Shown here: piece by piece, positions 1-10,548 of the stretch | How positions within the stretch are numbered: position 1 is the stretch's first letter | Layout: every line of letters begins with the position of its first letter | Position numbers and translations under genes: made by a program | The notes under the pieces: model-generated | What the model saw: only the letters and a program-made list of their open reading frames with translations | Told to the model about the DNA's origin: nothing | Database searches by the model: none | Assembly (NCBI GenBank): GCA_016182785.1 | Contig: JACPFU010000024.1 | Location: 1-64,000, forward strand | Direction: 5' to 3' | DNA from: Lysobacterales bacterium | Lineage (GTDB): Bacteria; Pseudomonadota; Gammaproteobacteria; Xanthomonadales; Ahniellaceae | DNA length: 64,000 nt

Positions 1-409
1 CGGGGAACGTGCGCCCGCAGCGCACTGAAACCGCCGTTCTGCGGCAAAAATTGCCGCGCAAACCTCACTCAAGACACCGCGCAATGCTGTGTCCGGCAAA
101 CAATCCGCTCGCAGCGGGGTGTTTTTCAACAGGCTGCTAGCTGGCCACCCAGTGCCGAGCTGGAGCGCACGTGCTTCGGCGCCGGCCGCGGATGGCTGTA
201 CGGCACGCCGTTGACGATCTCGCCGACGCGCTCGCGCGGCAGCGCGAGCAGGTCTTCGTAGCGGGCGGGTGCCGACATGGCGGCAATGTACTGCGGAAGT
301 GGCGGGCAGGGCAGGCGGGTCGCGGGCGACATTGCAATCGGCCGAAGCCGCCCCACCTGTCAGCATTCCGGTGCCTCACCGGTCCGTGTCTGTGCCATCG
401 GAGCCGTTC

Positions 410-1777
410 GTGTCGAATCCAAGCCAGGGCGCGGCCGCGCCGATTGAATCGAAACAGGACCTGGTCGACTTCCTCGCCGGCGGCGAGAAGCCGGAGCAGG
501 ATTGGCGCATCGGCACCGAGCACGAGAAGTTCGTGTTTCAGCTCGAAGACCTGCGCGCGCCGCCGTATGAAGGCCCGCGTGGCATTCGAGCGCTGCTGGA
601 AGGGATGGCGCGCGAGTTCGGCTGGACGCCGCTGCTCGAAGACGGCAATCCGATCGCGCTGCTCAAGGGCATGGCTTCGGTGTCGCTGGAACCGGCGGGG
701 CAATTCGAGCTGTCCGGCGCGCCGCTCGAAACCATCCACCAGACCTGCTGCGAGGTCGCGCAGCACCTGCGCGAATGCAAGCAGATCGGCGACCAGCTCG
801 GTCTCGGCTTCCTTGGCATGGGCTTCAACCCGAAGTGGCGTCGCGACGAGCTGCCGTGGATGCCGAAGGGTCGCTATCGGATCATGCGCGAATACATGCC
901 CAAGCGCGGCAAGCTCGGTCTCGACATGATGCAGCGCACCTGCACCGTACAGACCAACCTCGATTACTGCAGCGAAGCCGACATGGTGCGGAAGTTCCGC
1001 GTCTCGCTGGCGCTGCAGCCGATCGCCACCGCGCTGTTCGCGGATTCGCCGTTCACCGAAGGCCAGCCCAACGGCTTCCTGAGTTTCCGCTCCAACGTCT
1101 GGAGCGACACCGATCCGGACCGCACCGGCATGCTCGGCTTCGTGTTCGAGGACGGCTTCGGCTACGAGCGCTACGTCGACTACCTGCTCGATGTGCCGAT
1201 GTACTTTGTCTATCGCGACGGCAAGTACATCGACGCCAGCGGCCAGAGCTTCCGCGATTTCCTTGCGGGCAAGCTGCCGGCCCTGCCGGGCGAGAAGCCG
1301 ACGCTCAAGGACTTCAACGACCACCTGACCACCGCCTTCCCGGAAGTGCGGCTGAAGAAGTACCTGGAAATGCGCGGCGCCGACGGCGGACCGTGGAACC
1401 GCCTGTGCGCGTTGCCGGCGTTCTTCGTCGGCCTGCTCTACGACGACACCGCGCTCGCCGCGGCCTGGGATCTGGTGCGCGACTTCCGCCTCGAAGAACG
1501 CGAAGCACTGCGCAGCGGCGTGCCCAAGTTCGCGCTCAAGACCCCGTTCCGCAACGGCAGTGCACGCGATCTCGCGCTCGAAGCGCTGAAGATCTCCGCG
1601 CATGGCCTGCAACGCCGCGCCCGCCTGAACTCCCGCGGCGCCGACGAGTCCCTGTTCCTCGAACCCCTGATCGAATTCGCCCAAGCCAACCAGTGCCCGG
1701 CCGAACGCAAGCTCGAACTCTTCCACGGTCCCTGGCAGGGCTCGGTCGATCCGGTCTACAAGGAGTTCGCGTACTGA
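410..1777 (+). CDS. gshA: glutamate--cysteine ligase, plant-type (GCS2 family)
   Basis: Translation is a full-length match to the GCS2 family ([24 protein letters not shown], ...[12 protein letters not shown]). The GTG at 410 with GGAG 6 nt upstream gives 455 aa, typical for this family. The ORF stays open back to 269. Confidence 0.85.
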   Translation: MSNPSQGAAAPIESKQDLVDFLAGGEKPEQDWRIGTEHEKFVFQLEDLRAPPYEGPRGIRALLEGMAREFGWTPLLEDGNPIALLKGMASVSLEPAGQFELSGAPLETIHQTCCEVAQHLRECKQIGDQLGLGFLGMGFNPKWRRDELPWMPKGRYRIMREYMPKRGKLGLDMMQRTCTVQTNLDYCSEADMVRKFRVSLALQPIATALFADSPFTEGQPNGFLSFRSNVWSDTDPDRTGMLGFVFEDGFGYERYVDYLLDVPMYFVYRDGKYIDASGQSFRDFLAGKLPALPGEKPTLKDFNDHLTTAFPEVRLKKYLEMRGADGGPWNRLCALPAFFVGLLYDDTALAAAWDLVRDFRLEEREALRSGVPKFALKTPFRNGSARDLALEALKISAHGLQRRARLNSRGADESLFLEPLIEFAQANQCPAERKLELFHGPWQGSVDPVYKEFAY

Positions 1778-1816
1778 AGCTCCCCGCCGCCTCGATCTGG
1801 GCAGACGATTAGCGCA

Positions 1817-2053
1817 TTGAGTTCTGCGCGTGGATCGCCTCAAACCCGGCTGCGGGCGAGGAGATTCCGGGGTCTGGCGGGTGCCGCAAGGTTGCGCTGG
1901 CAGGCCAGTGGCCGCGGCAAGCGCGGCGGCGCGCGGATGATCTACTTCAACCGGCCGGACGAAGGAAAGGTGTGGCTGTTGACGATTTACGCCAAGGCGG
2001 TACGCGGGAACATTCCGGCACATCTGTTGAAAGCCAGCAAGGAGGCGCTGTGA
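1817..2053 (+). CDS. RelE/ParE-superfamily toxin (GRGKRGGAR-motif family), N-terminus doubtful (TTG start, abuts gshA stop)
   Basis: Carries the conserved ...GRGKRGGARMIYF...VWLLTIYAK..NI... core of the COG4737-like RelE-type toxins that pair with HTH antitoxins. There is no ATG in frame. The frame opens right after the gshA TGA (1775-1777). Confidence 0.5.
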   Translation: MSSARGSPQTRLRARRFRGLAGAARLRWQASGRGKRGGARMIYFNRPDEGKVWLLTIYAKAVRGNIPAHLLKASKEAL

Positions 2054-2070
2054 GGAAGAAAGAGCAAGCC

Positions 2071-2346
2071 ATGACCGGCCGCGAGCTGGGAGAGGAAATC
2101 CTCGCCGCCGTGAAGCAGATGAAGGCGGGCCGGGCCGCGCGCGAGACGCAGGTGGAATTGACCCCCGCCGCGCAGGCACGCGCCAGCGTCGGGCTTTCAC
2201 AAAGCCGGTTCGCGGCGCTGCTGGGTGTGTCGGCGCGCACGCTGCAGGAATGGGAGCAAGGACGGCGCGAGCCGACCGGCGCCGCCAGGACGTTGCTGCG
2301 CGTGGCCGTCGCGCACCCGGAGATTCTGCGAGAAGTCGCGGCGTGA
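2071..2346 (+). CDS. HTH (XRE-like) antitoxin partner of RelE-family toxin
   Basis: 91 aa, with the HTH segment GLSQSRFAALLGVSARTLQEWEQGRREP. The ATG has RBS AGGAAGAAAGAG upstream. It starts 17 nt after the toxin stop, the usual toxin-first layout of this TA family. Confidence 0.7.
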   Translation: MTGRELGEEILAAVKQMKAGRAARETQVELTPAAQARASVGLSQSRFAALLGVSARTLQEWEQGRREPTGAARTLLRVAVAHPEILREVAA

Positions 2347-2573
2347 ACTGCCAAACCGCGACAGGAGTTCACGTACCGAGGGCATGCACAGGCAAGCGCG
2401 AGCGGCTGCGATTCCAGTCCTTTCGTGTGGCGCCGAATGCAGCAGGGCTTGGGCCTGGCCCGGGGGCTTGAACGTGCCGCGCAGCTGAATCCCCGACTGG
2501 CCTCATGTAAACTCGCCGGCCTTCGTGCGCCTGCGGGACGGGCGCGGTCCGGAATTCCCTTGGAGTGTTCGCC

Positions 2574-3368
2574 ATGAAGCTGCGTGTTTCCCTTGCTGTG
2601 CTCGCCCTTTCCCTGTCTTCGCTGCTGTCGGCGCAGGATGCTGCGACCACGGCGGAACCTGCGGCTGCGACGGATCCGGCAGCGCCGGTGGCTGCGGCCG
2701 AGCCCGCGGCAGCAGTCGTGGCGGAAGCGGCGCCGGCGGCAGTGGGTCCGGGCAATGCCGACGCCGGGGCGGCCAAGGCCGCGGTCTGCGGCGCCTGCCA
2801 CGGCATGGACGGCAACTCGGCCGATGCGCAGTACCCGAAGCTGGCCGGCCAGCACGAGGGCTACATCGCGCGCCAGCTGGCGCTGTTCAAGTCGATGCAG
2901 CGCATGAATCCGATCATGCTCGGTTTTGCCTCGACCCTGAGCGAGCAGGACATGCGCGACATCGGCGCGCATTTCGCCAAGCAGAAGGCGCAGCCGGGCG
3001 TGGCCGACGAGACGGTGATCAGCGACGAGCTCAGCCCGTACAAGGGCCAGCGCATCGTCGATGTCGGCCAGAAGCTGTTCCGCGGCGGCGACGTTGCGCG
3101 CGGCGTGCCGGCCTGCATGTCCTGCCACGGTCCGAGCGGGCGCGGCGTTCCCGGTCCGAGCTACCCGGCCCTGGGTGGCCAGCACGCCGGTTACACCGGC
3201 ACCGTGCTGCGTGCGTTCAAGGCGACACCGGCCGGCTCGCCGGCGCTGAAGGACGCGAACTACGCGGTGATGGCGCAGATCGCCGCGCGCCTGAGCGAGG
3301 AGGAGATCGGCGCGCTGGCCTCCTACCTGCAGGGCCTGTATCCGCGCGACGCCGCCGCCGAGCGCTGA
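2574..3368 (+). CDS. cytochrome c4 (dihaem)
   Basis: Signal peptide plus two CxxCH haem motifs (CGACHG, CMSCHG) and a typical c4 length. GGAG sits 8 nt upstream of the ATG. Confidence 0.85.
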   Translation: MKLRVSLAVLALSLSSLLSAQDAATTAEPAAATDPAAPVAAAEPAAAVVAEAAPAAVGPGNADAGAAKAAVCGACHGMDGNSADAQYPKLAGQHEGYIARQLALFKSMQRMNPIMLGFASTLSEQDMRDIGAHFAKQKAQPGVADETVISDELSPYKGQRIVDVGQKLFRGGDVARGVPACMSCHGPSGRGVPGPSYPALGGQHAGYTGTVLRAFKATPAGSPALKDANYAVMAQIAARLSEEEIGALASYLQGLYPRDAAAER

Positions 3369-3457
3369 GCGCCGGGAACTTTTCGCCCGTGGCGGCAGTC
3401 CATGCCGCCCGCATGGCCGCATCGCGGCTGCCCCGAACCCCTGATGGAGTCGTCCCC

Positions 3458-4129
3458 ATGTTGTTGCCCCGCCTGCTGGCCGCCGCCACCCTCGCTCTGG
3501 TCTCGATGACCGCCTGTGCCCAGGTTTCGATCGAACGCTTCCAGGCCGGCACCCACTACTTCCCGGTCGAGCCGGCGCAGCCGACGGCCTCCGGCGACAA
3601 GGTGGAAGTGATCGAGGTGTTCAGTTTCGCCTGTATCCATTGCGCGCACTTCGAGCCGGAAGTGGCGAAGTGGAAGAAGAAGATGCCGGCCAATGTCGCA
3701 TTCAGCTACCTGCCGGCGGTGTTCAACGCGCAGTGGGAGACCTTCGCGCGTGCCTACTACGCCGGCGAAGTGCTCGGTATCGCCGAGAAGGCGCACCAGG
3801 ACGTGTTCGACGGCGTCCACGTGCGCCGCGACGTGCGCAACCTCGAAGACGTGGCCAAGATCTACGCCAAGCACGGCAAGACCGAACAGCAATTCTTCGA
3901 CGCGACCAAGAGCTTCGCCGTCGAGATGAAGCTCAACCGGGCCAAGCAGATGGTGCCGCGCTACCAGATCGATGGCACCCCGACCGTGATCGTGGCCGGC
4001 AAGTACCGCATCACCGGCACTTCCGCCGGCGGCCAGGACAAGGTGTTCGACGTGGTCGACTTCCTCGTGGCCAAGGAAGCCGCAGCGAAGAAGGGCGCGG
4101 CTCCGGCCGCGGCCGCCGCCAAGGGCTGA
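3458..4129 (+). CDS. dsbA: thiol:disulfide interchange protein DsbA
   Basis: Signal peptide plus thioredoxin-fold CIHC active site (FSFACIHCAHFEP). The cytochrome c4 then dsbA order is conserved in Xanthomonadales. The upstream ORF extension to 2525 is spurious. Confidence 0.85.
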   Translation: MLLPRLLAAATLALVSMTACAQVSIERFQAGTHYFPVEPAQPTASGDKVEVIEVFSFACIHCAHFEPEVAKWKKKMPANVAFSYLPAVFNAQWETFARAYYAGEVLGIAEKAHQDVFDGVHVRRDVRNLEDVAKIYAKHGKTEQQFFDATKSFAVEMKLNRAKQMVPRYQIDGTPTVIVAGKYRITGTSAGGQDKVFDVVDFLVAKEAAAKKGAAPAAAAAKG

Positions 4130-4154
4130 GGTCTCGCGGCAGTGCACGCATCGG

Positions 4155-4187
4155 CGGGGCGCCTTGGCGCCCCGTCGTCGTTTTCGG
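4155..4187 (+). terminator. putative rho-independent terminator after dsbA
   Basis: GGGGCGCC-TTGG-CGCCCC hairpin followed by the T-rich tract GTCGTCGTTTTCGGG. Confidence 0.35.
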
Positions 4188-4215
4188 GCTTGCGAATTCG
4201 CGGCGCGGCTGCATC

Positions 4216-5016
4216 ATGGGCGACATGCGATCCACGCGCGAATCCGAACGCCACCTGCGCCTGCTCAGTTTCAACATTCAGGCCGGTGCGCACACCAATG
4301 CCTATCGCGAGTACTTCACGCGCGGCTGGCAGACCGTGCTGCCGCACCGCGGCAAGGGCGAGAACCTGGCCCAGGTCGCGGCGCTGGCGCGCGGCTTCGA
4401 CGTGGTCGCGTTGCAGGAAGCCGACAGCCACAGCGTGCGCAGCGGATTCCGCCATCAGGTGCAGGTGCTGGCCGAGCACGCCGACTTCCCGTACTGGAGC
4501 CACCAGCGCAACCGCGCGCTGGCGATCGCCGAGCCCGGCAACGGCCTGCTCACGCGCTTCGCGCCGAGCAGCATCATCGACCACCGCCTGCCCGGTGCGA
4601 TTCCCGGCCGCGGCACGCTCGAGGTGCGCTTCGGCGAAGAAGTCGCGGCGCTGCGCGTGTTCATCGTGCACCTGGCGCTGACCCCGGGCGCGCGCCTGCG
4701 CCAGTCCGAGTTCATCGCCGGGCTGGTCGGCGATTGCGCGCATGCGATCGTGCTCGGCGACTTCAATTGCGAGCCCGACAGCAACTCGATCGCGCCGCTG
4801 TTCGCGCACACGCGGCTGCGCCCGGCGATGCGCGCGCCGAGCTTTCCGAGCTGGCAGCCGCAGCGCTCGATCGACCAGGTGCTGACCACCGCCGCGCTCG
4901 ACGTGCGCCGCTACGAGGTGCTGCCATTGCGCGTCTCCGACCATCTGCCGGTAGCGGTGGACGTGCACCTGCCGCCGGCCTGCGTGCTGCCCAAAGTCGA
5001 ACACCTGCACGCCTGA
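4216..5016 (+). CDS. endonuclease/exonuclease/phosphatase (EEP) family protein
   Basis: EEP motifs (LSFNIQ, ALQEAD, GDFNCEP, SDHLPV). The long upstream extension of the ORF is a GC artefact. Confidence 0.75.
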   Translation: MGDMRSTRESERHLRLLSFNIQAGAHTNAYREYFTRGWQTVLPHRGKGENLAQVAALARGFDVVALQEADSHSVRSGFRHQVQVLAEHADFPYWSHQRNRALAIAEPGNGLLTRFAPSSIIDHRLPGAIPGRGTLEVRFGEEVAALRVFIVHLALTPGARLRQSEFIAGLVGDCAHAIVLGDFNCEPDSNSIAPLFAHTRLRPAMRAPSFPSWQPQRSIDQVLTTAALDVRRYEVLPLRVSDHLPVAVDVHLPPACVLPKVEHLHA

Positions 5017-5019
5017 CCG

Positions 5020-6840
5020 ATGCAGCCCGGTATCCGCAGGCACTGCAGCGACACCGCCGCCCGCTTCCGGCAAGGTCTGGGCGTGTTCGCCTGCATCGTC
5101 GCGGCACTGCTGGCGAGCACGGCAGCGGCGCGCCCCGGCGGCAGGGCGCCGGCGGGCGTGGTCGAACTCAGCATCGAGGGACTCGACCACGACCAGACCG
5201 AAGCGGTGGTTCCGGCGCTGGAGATCGCCAGCTACCGCCAGCGCAAGCGCATCGGCGAGCGCCGCCTGCAACGCCTGCTCGGCCAGGTCGGGGCCGAGGT
5301 CGATGGTGCGCTGCAGGTCTTTGGCTTCTACGACTCGAAGACGCAGGTGCAGGTCGAGGCGCTGGAGAACGCGCGCTACCGGGTCGTGCTCGCGGTCGAT
5401 CCCGGAGTGCCGGCGCGCGTGACCGCGCTCGACGTGCGCATCGACGGCGCCGCCGCGCGCAACGAACGCATCGGCGGGCTGGTCAGCGGATTCCAGCCGG
5501 CGCTCGGGGAAGTCTTCGACCATCGTGTCTACGAGGCGAGCAAGGCCGCGATCGAACGCGCACTGCTGCGTCGCGGCTACCTGGCGCAGCGTCTGGTCGA
5601 GCGTCGCGTCGAGATCCGCCGCGGCGAGCACAGCGCGCGCGTGGTGCTGCACTACCAGTCGGGCACGCGCCATTTCCTCGGTGCCGTGCAGTTCATCGGC
5701 GCGCAGTTCGACGACACACTGATGCGCCGCTTCGTGCCGTGGCCGGACGGCTTTCGTTTCGACCAGGCGCGGGTCGAGGCGCTGCAGCAGTCGCTCGCGG
5801 CCAGCAACTACTTCGACCAGATCGAGATCAGCCAGGGCGAGATCGACGCGGCGACCTTGCGCGTGCCCTTGCAGGTGAACCTGAGTCCGAACCTGCGCAC
5901 GCGCTACGTCGCCGGCGTCTCCTACGGTTCCGACGAAGGCGCTGGCGTGCGTGGCGGCATCGAGCGGCGCTGGGTGAATGCGCGCGGCCACCAGTTCTTC
6001 GGCGAAGCCGAGCTCGCGCAACGACGCTCGGCACTGTTCGCGGAGTATGCGTTCCCGCGTTTCGCCGAGCGCATCTCGCGTTACGCCATCGCCACGCGCT
6101 GGCTCGACGAGCAGACCGACAGCGTCGATGCACGCTCGTTCCTGCTCGGCGGCAACGCGGTCGCGCGCGGTCATCACTGGTACGGACAGGCTTCGCTGAA
6201 CCTGCTCGATGGCAGTTTCCTGGTCGGTGCGCGCCAGCCCGGCGACACCCGCCAGGACGCGCGCGTGCTCTATCCCGAACTGCGCTATGAGCGCGTTCTG
6301 GCGCAAGACCGCGTGCGACCCGAGCGTGGCGCCTCGCTCGAGCTGCGCCTGCTCGGCGCCAGCGATGCGCTGATCAGCGATGTCTCGTTGCTGCAGGGAC
6401 GTGCGACGGTCAAGGGCATCCTGCCGGCGGGCAGCGGCGCACGCATCCTCGCCCAGATCACGCTCGGCGGCACCGCGACCGACGACTTCGCGCGGCTGCC
6501 GCCGGAACTGCGCTTCTTCGCCGGTGGCGATCGCAGCGTGCGCGGCTACGGCTACCAGGCACTCGGCGACACCGACAGCGAGGGCGTCGCCATCGGTGGC
6601 CGCCACCTGCTGACCACCTCGATCGAGTACGAACGCGAGCTGTGGCCGGGCTGGAGCGGTGCCGGCTTCGTCGATGGCGGCGATGTCTGGTCGCAGGGGC
6701 GGCCGCAGCTCGCGCTCGCCGCCGGTTTCGGCCTGCGCTGGCGCTCGCCGGTGGGGCCGATCCGCGTCGATCTCGCGCACGGCTTCGATGCCGAGGTCGG
6801 CGGCTGGCAGCTGCACCTCTCCGCCGGGCCCGACCTGTGA
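5020..6840 (+). CDS. tamA: translocation and assembly module outer-membrane subunit TamA (Omp85 family)
   Basis: POTRA-like N-terminal region plus a C-terminal Omp85 barrel (GDRSVRGYGYQALG, GFGLRWRSPVGPIRVDLAHG). It is directly followed by tamB. Confidence 0.85.
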   Translation: MQPGIRRHCSDTAARFRQGLGVFACIVAALLASTAAARPGGRAPAGVVELSIEGLDHDQTEAVVPALEIASYRQRKRIGERRLQRLLGQVGAEVDGALQVFGFYDSKTQVQVEALENARYRVVLAVDPGVPARVTALDVRIDGAAARNERIGGLVSGFQPALGEVFDHRVYEASKAAIERALLRRGYLAQRLVERRVEIRRGEHSARVVLHYQSGTRHFLGAVQFIGAQFDDTLMRRFVPWPDGFRFDQARVEALQQSLAASNYFDQIEISQGEIDAATLRVPLQVNLSPNLRTRYVAGVSYGSDEGAGVRGGIERRWVNARGHQFFGEAELAQRRSALFAEYAFPRFAERISRYAIATRWLDEQTDSVDARSFLLGGNAVARGHHWYGQASLNLLDGSFLVGARQPGDTRQDARVLYPELRYERVLAQDRVRPERGASLELRLLGASDALISDVSLLQGRATVKGILPAGSGARILAQITLGGTATDDFARLPPELRFFAGGDRSVRGYGYQALGDTDSEGVAIGGRHLLTTSIEYERELWPGWSGAGFVDGGDVWSQGRPQLALAAGFGLRWRSPVGPIRVDLAHGFDAEVGGWQLHLSAGPDL

Positions 6841-9800
6841 GGCGCACGCGGCGACTGCTGCTGCTCCTGCTCGCGCTGTTCGCGATCCTGCTGTGGTGGC
6901 TGCTCGCGACCAGCTCCGGGCTGCGCTTCCTGGTGGCGCGCGCGCTGCCCGACGATGGCAGCGTGCGCATCGCCAGCGTCGAGGGTTCGCTGTGGTCCGG
7001 CGTCCATGCGCAAGGCATCGACCTGGCCCTGCCTGCGGTGCGCGTGCAGGTGCGCGAGCTGCGCGCCGGGCTTGCGCTGGCGCCGCTGCTCCGCGGCGCG
7101 GTGCGGCTGCGCCAGGTCGATGCGCGCGGCGTGCAGGTCGCGTTGCGCGAGGTCGCGGACCGCGCGGATGCTTCTGCCGCGGTGCAGTTGCCGGACCTGC
7201 GCATCGAACAGCTGCGGCTGCACGATGTCACCGTGGCTCGCGCCGATGCGAGCTGGGCGATCACGCGCATCGATGCGCGCGTCGCCATGCGCGGCCGTAA
7301 TCTGGCCTTCGACGCGCTCAAGCTGATGGCGCCGCTGGGTGCGGTCGAAGGCGCCTTGTCGCTCGATTTGTCGCGGCCCTTGCCGGTGCATGCGGCGCGG
7401 CTGCGGTTCACCGCGCAGTACGCCGATCAGGCCTGGCAGGGCGCGCTCGAAGCCCAGACCCGGCAGGGCGTGACCGGCCTGACCCTGGCGCTGAGCCAGC
7501 CGCTGCACGCCGCGGTGGCGCTCGGCGAGTTGCGCAGCGCGAGCGACTGGCAGGCCTTCGTCCAGCTGCCGCCGCAGACGCTGCAGGATGCGCCGGTCGC
7601 GGCCTCGGTGCAGATTGAGGCGCGCGAGCGCGAACTGCGCGTGCAGGGCGACGCGCGCTTCGCGGAGTTCCAACTGACGGCAATGGACGCCTCGGCGCGC
7701 ATGGATGACGACGCGCTGGTGATCGCGCCATCGAGCCTGCAGATCACGGCGCCGCAGGGGCGGATGGAGTTCAGCGGTCGCATCCCATTCGACGCCAATG
7801 CGCCGATCGCGTTGCAGCTGCGCAGCGACGCGTTGCGCTTCGCCGCCGCGGACGCGTCGCCGCTCGACGTGCGCGGCAGCGTCGCGCTGTCCGGCACGCG
7901 CGTGGCGCCGGTGCTGTCGCCGGCACTGGAACTGGAGCGAGCGGGTTGGCCTCGCGCGACGCTCAGCGGTCGCGTCCGTCGCCAGGACGCGGGCTGGTTG
8001 GCCGAAGACCTGCAGCTGGTTTCGGCCCACAGCAGCTTGCATCTCGATGGCAGCCTGGCCAGCGGAACCGCGCCGGCGGCTGCGCTCAAGCTGCGTCTGG
8101 CGCAGTTCGACCCGGCCTTGCTGGTGCCCGAGTGGCCCGGTGCGATCGATGCCGAACTCAGCTGGCTTGGCCGCATCGGCGAACACGGGCTCGACGGCGA
8201 GCTGAGCGTCGACACGCTCACTGGCACGTTGCGCGGTCGCGACGTGCACGGGCGCGGTGTCGTCCGGCTGCAGGCGCAGCAGCTGGCGCGCGCCGACCTG
8301 GAATTGGTCGCCGGGGCGGCATCGCTGCGCCTGCAGCGCGATGCGCCGGAGGCGCCGCTGCAGCTCGCACTCGATGCGCCGGATCTGGCCGACCTGTTGC
8401 CCGACTGGCACGGCCGGGTACGCGCGACCGCCAGCCTCGGCGAGAGCTCCAGTGGCGAAGGCGAGGTCGCGGACTTGCACGGACCCGGGCTGGCGCTCGT
8501 CGGTCTGCAGTGGCGCGCGACGGCGGGCAGTGCGGCCGCGGCCGCGGTGTCGATCCAGGCGACGTTGCGCGGCATCGATGCCGGCGGGCGCCGCGTGGAG
8601 CGCGCGCAGCTCACGGTCGGCGGTACGCGCGCGGAACACCGGATCGACCTCGACCTGCAGGCCGGCGCCCGGCAGATGCAGCTGGCCGCGGTGGGCGCAC
8701 TCAGTCCGCAGCATGCCTGGCGCGGGCATCTGCAGGGTCTCGACCTGCTGGCCCCGGAATGGCGCGCGTCGTTGGTCGAGGCGGCCAACCTGCGCTGGCA
8801 TGACGGGCGCCTGACGCTCGCGCGCAGTTGCCTGCGTGGCGAGGGCGGCGGGCGCTTGTGCCTGCTGCTGGACCGCGACGGCACGCGCACCGAAGCGGCC
8901 GCCGAGGTGGTCGCGTTCGACCTGGGACCGCTCGCGCGGCTGCTCGCGCCGAGCGCGCCGTTCACGACCGCGGCGCGGCTGTCCGGGAGCATCGACCTGG
9001 TGCTGGACGGCGGCGACGTGCAATCGCTCGACGCGCGCCTGCACAGTGCCGAGGGTGCGTTTGCGGTCGCGGAGCGGCCCGATCTCGACCTCGGCTATCG
9101 CGACCTCACGCTCGACTTCGGCATCGCCGCCGGCGTGGGGCAGTGGCAGGCTACCGCGACGCTGCGTCCCGAGGGTCGCATCGACAGCAGCGGCAGCCTG
9201 CAACAGGTCGAAGGCGCCTGGCAGTACGAAGGCCGGCTCGGGCTGAACGTGCATCGCTTCGATGCGATCGAGGCGTTCACTTCGCAATTCGCGTCGCCGC
9301 GTGGCGACTTGAGCGGCGAGATGCAATTCCGCGGCCGCGGCGCCGAGCGGCCGCAGTGGAGCGGCGCGTTCGCGGTCACCGGCTTTGCCGCCGAACTGCC
9401 GGATCTCGGCCTGCAGCTGAGCCAGGGCGCGCTGGCGATCGCGGCGGTGCCGAGCGGCGTGATCGTGCGCGGCGCGATCACGTCGGGTGGCGGTCAGCTG
9501 ATCCTCGATGGCGGTCGCGATGCCGGCCGCGGCGAGCCCTGGCACTTCGCGCTGAATGGCGAGAACGCGGTGCTGTCGGACACACCCGCGCTCCGTCTGG
9601 TGCTGAGCCCGGCGCTGACGCTGACGCAGGACGGACGCGAATGGCGGCTCGGCGGGCGCGTGCAGATTCCCTCGGCGCGCATCGACGCCGAGGTGCTGGC
9701 ACCGGCGGCGGCGACCAGCAGCGACGTGGTGATCGTCGATGCCGTCGCCGACGACGATGCCTTCGCTGCCGAACGCTGGCGCGCCGACGTCGTGCTCGCC

Positions 9801-10460
9801 TTCGGTGACGCGGCGCAACTCAGCGGCTACGGCTTCGACGGCCGCGTGCGCGGCGAACTGCGCCTGCGCCAGCGCAGCGGTGACAACGCCTACGGCCAGG
9901 GCCAGCTGCAGGTCAGCGGACGCTATGCCGCCTACGGCCAGCGCCTGAGCATCCGCCGCGGACGCATCCTGTTCGCGAACAGTCCGCTCGACGAGCCGAC
10001 CCTCGACATCGAGGCCGAACGCAAGGCCGGCAGCGCCGTCGCCGGCGTGCGCGTGACTGGCACCGCGCGCAACCCGCAGACCGAGATCTACGCGCGTCCG
10101 GCGTTGCCCGAATCCGAAGCGCTGGCGCTGCTGGTGACCGGACGCGCGCTGCGCAACGTCAGCGGCGGCGACCGCCAGCGCCTGTCGAGCGCGGCACTCG
10201 CGCTCGGCACCATCGGTGGCGACCTGCTCGCCGGCAACCTCGGCGCCGAGATCGGCATCACCGGCGACGCCGCACGCGGCACCGAAGCCTTCACCATCGG
10301 CAAGTACCTCACGCCGAAGATCTTCGTCGGCTACGGCATCGGCCTCGCCCGCCGCGGCAGCGTGCTGATCGCGCGCTATCTGATCCGCGACGACGTCGAG
10401 GTCGAGGTCACCACCGGCGAGCAATCGCGCGCCAGCCTGAATTACGTGATCGAGCGGTAG
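6837..10460 (+). CDS. tamB: translocation and assembly module inner-membrane subunit TamB (DUF490)
   Basis: GTG start overlapping the tamA TGA (GTGA). N-terminal TM segment, ~1200 aa repetitive beta-rich body, and a DUF490-type C-terminus (TPKIFVGYGIGLARRGSVLIARY). Confidence 0.85.
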   Translation: MRRTRRLLLLLLALFAILLWWLLATSSGLRFLVARALPDDGSVRIASVEGSLWSGVHAQGIDLALPAVRVQVRELRAGLALAPLLRGAVRLRQVDARGVQVALREVADRADASAAVQLPDLRIEQLRLHDVTVARADASWAITRIDARVAMRGRNLAFDALKLMAPLGAVEGALSLDLSRPLPVHAARLRFTAQYADQAWQGALEAQTRQGVTGLTLALSQPLHAAVALGELRSASDWQAFVQLPPQTLQDAPVAASVQIEARERELRVQGDARFAEFQLTAMDASARMDDDALVIAPSSLQITAPQGRMEFSGRIPFDANAPIALQLRSDALRFAAADASPLDVRGSVALSGTRVAPVLSPALELERAGWPRATLSGRVRRQDAGWLAEDLQLVSAHSSLHLDGSLASGTAPAAALKLRLAQFDPALLVPEWPGAIDAELSWLGRIGEHGLDGELSVDTLTGTLRGRDVHGRGVVRLQAQQLARADLELVAGAASLRLQRDAPEAPLQLALDAPDLADLLPDWHGRVRATASLGESSSGEGEVADLHGPGLALVGLQWRATAGSAAAAAVSIQATLRGIDAGGRRVERAQLTVGGTRAEHRIDLDLQAGARQMQLAAVGALSPQHAWRGHLQGLDLLAPEWRASLVEAANLRWHDGRLTLARSCLRGEGGGRLCLLLDRDGTRTEAAAEVVAFDLGPLARLLAPSAPFTTAARLSGSIDLVLDGGDVQSLDARLHSAEGAFAVAERPDLDLGYRDLTLDFGIAAGVGQWQATATLRPEGRIDSSGSLQQVEGAWQYEGRLGLNVHRFDAIEAFTSQFASPRGDLSGEMQFRGRGAERPQWSGAFAVTGFAAELPDLGLQLSQGALAIAAVPSGVIVRGAITSGGGQLILDGGRDAGRGEPWHFALNGENAVLSDTPALRLVLSPALTLTQDGREWRLGGRVQIPSARIDAEVLAPAAATSSDVVIVDAVADDDAFAAERWRADVVLAFGDAAQLSGYGFDGRVRGELRLRQRSGDNAYGQGQLQVSGRYAAYGQRLSIRRGRILFANSPLDEPTLDIEAERKAGSAVAGVRVTGTARNPQTEIYARPALPESEALALLVTGRALRNVSGGDRQRLSSAALALGTIGGDLLAGNLGAEIGITGDAARGTEAFTIGKYLTPKIFVGYGIGLARRGSVLIARYLIRDDVEVEVTTGEQSRASLNYVIER

Positions 10461-10548
10461 CGGCGACCCATGGGTCGCATGCGTCGCGCCGTCACCGGCG
10501 CTCCCACATGGAGCCCGGGCCCCGACGCGCATCGACCGTGGTGCGGGA

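Noticed and set aside
137-2200. 687-aa minus-strand ORF across gshA and the TA pair. Similar giants: 3961..6816(-), 6552..10568(-), 18010..19578(-), 21675..23279(-), 39685..42894(-), 56228..58360(-), 58010..60226(+), 10621..11409(+ extension), 12321..13430, 13987..15390.
   Set aside because: Opposite-strand or upstream shadow ORFs typical of ~70% GC DNA. Each overlaps a gene with clear family motifs on the other strand or frame. Their translations are Arg/Ala/Pro-rich and low complexity.
2525-3457. Upstream 311-codon extension of the dsbA ORF (534-aa ORF 2525..4129).
   Set aside because: It overlaps cytochrome c4 in another frame and is Gly/Arg-rich. DsbA has its own signal peptide starting at 3458.
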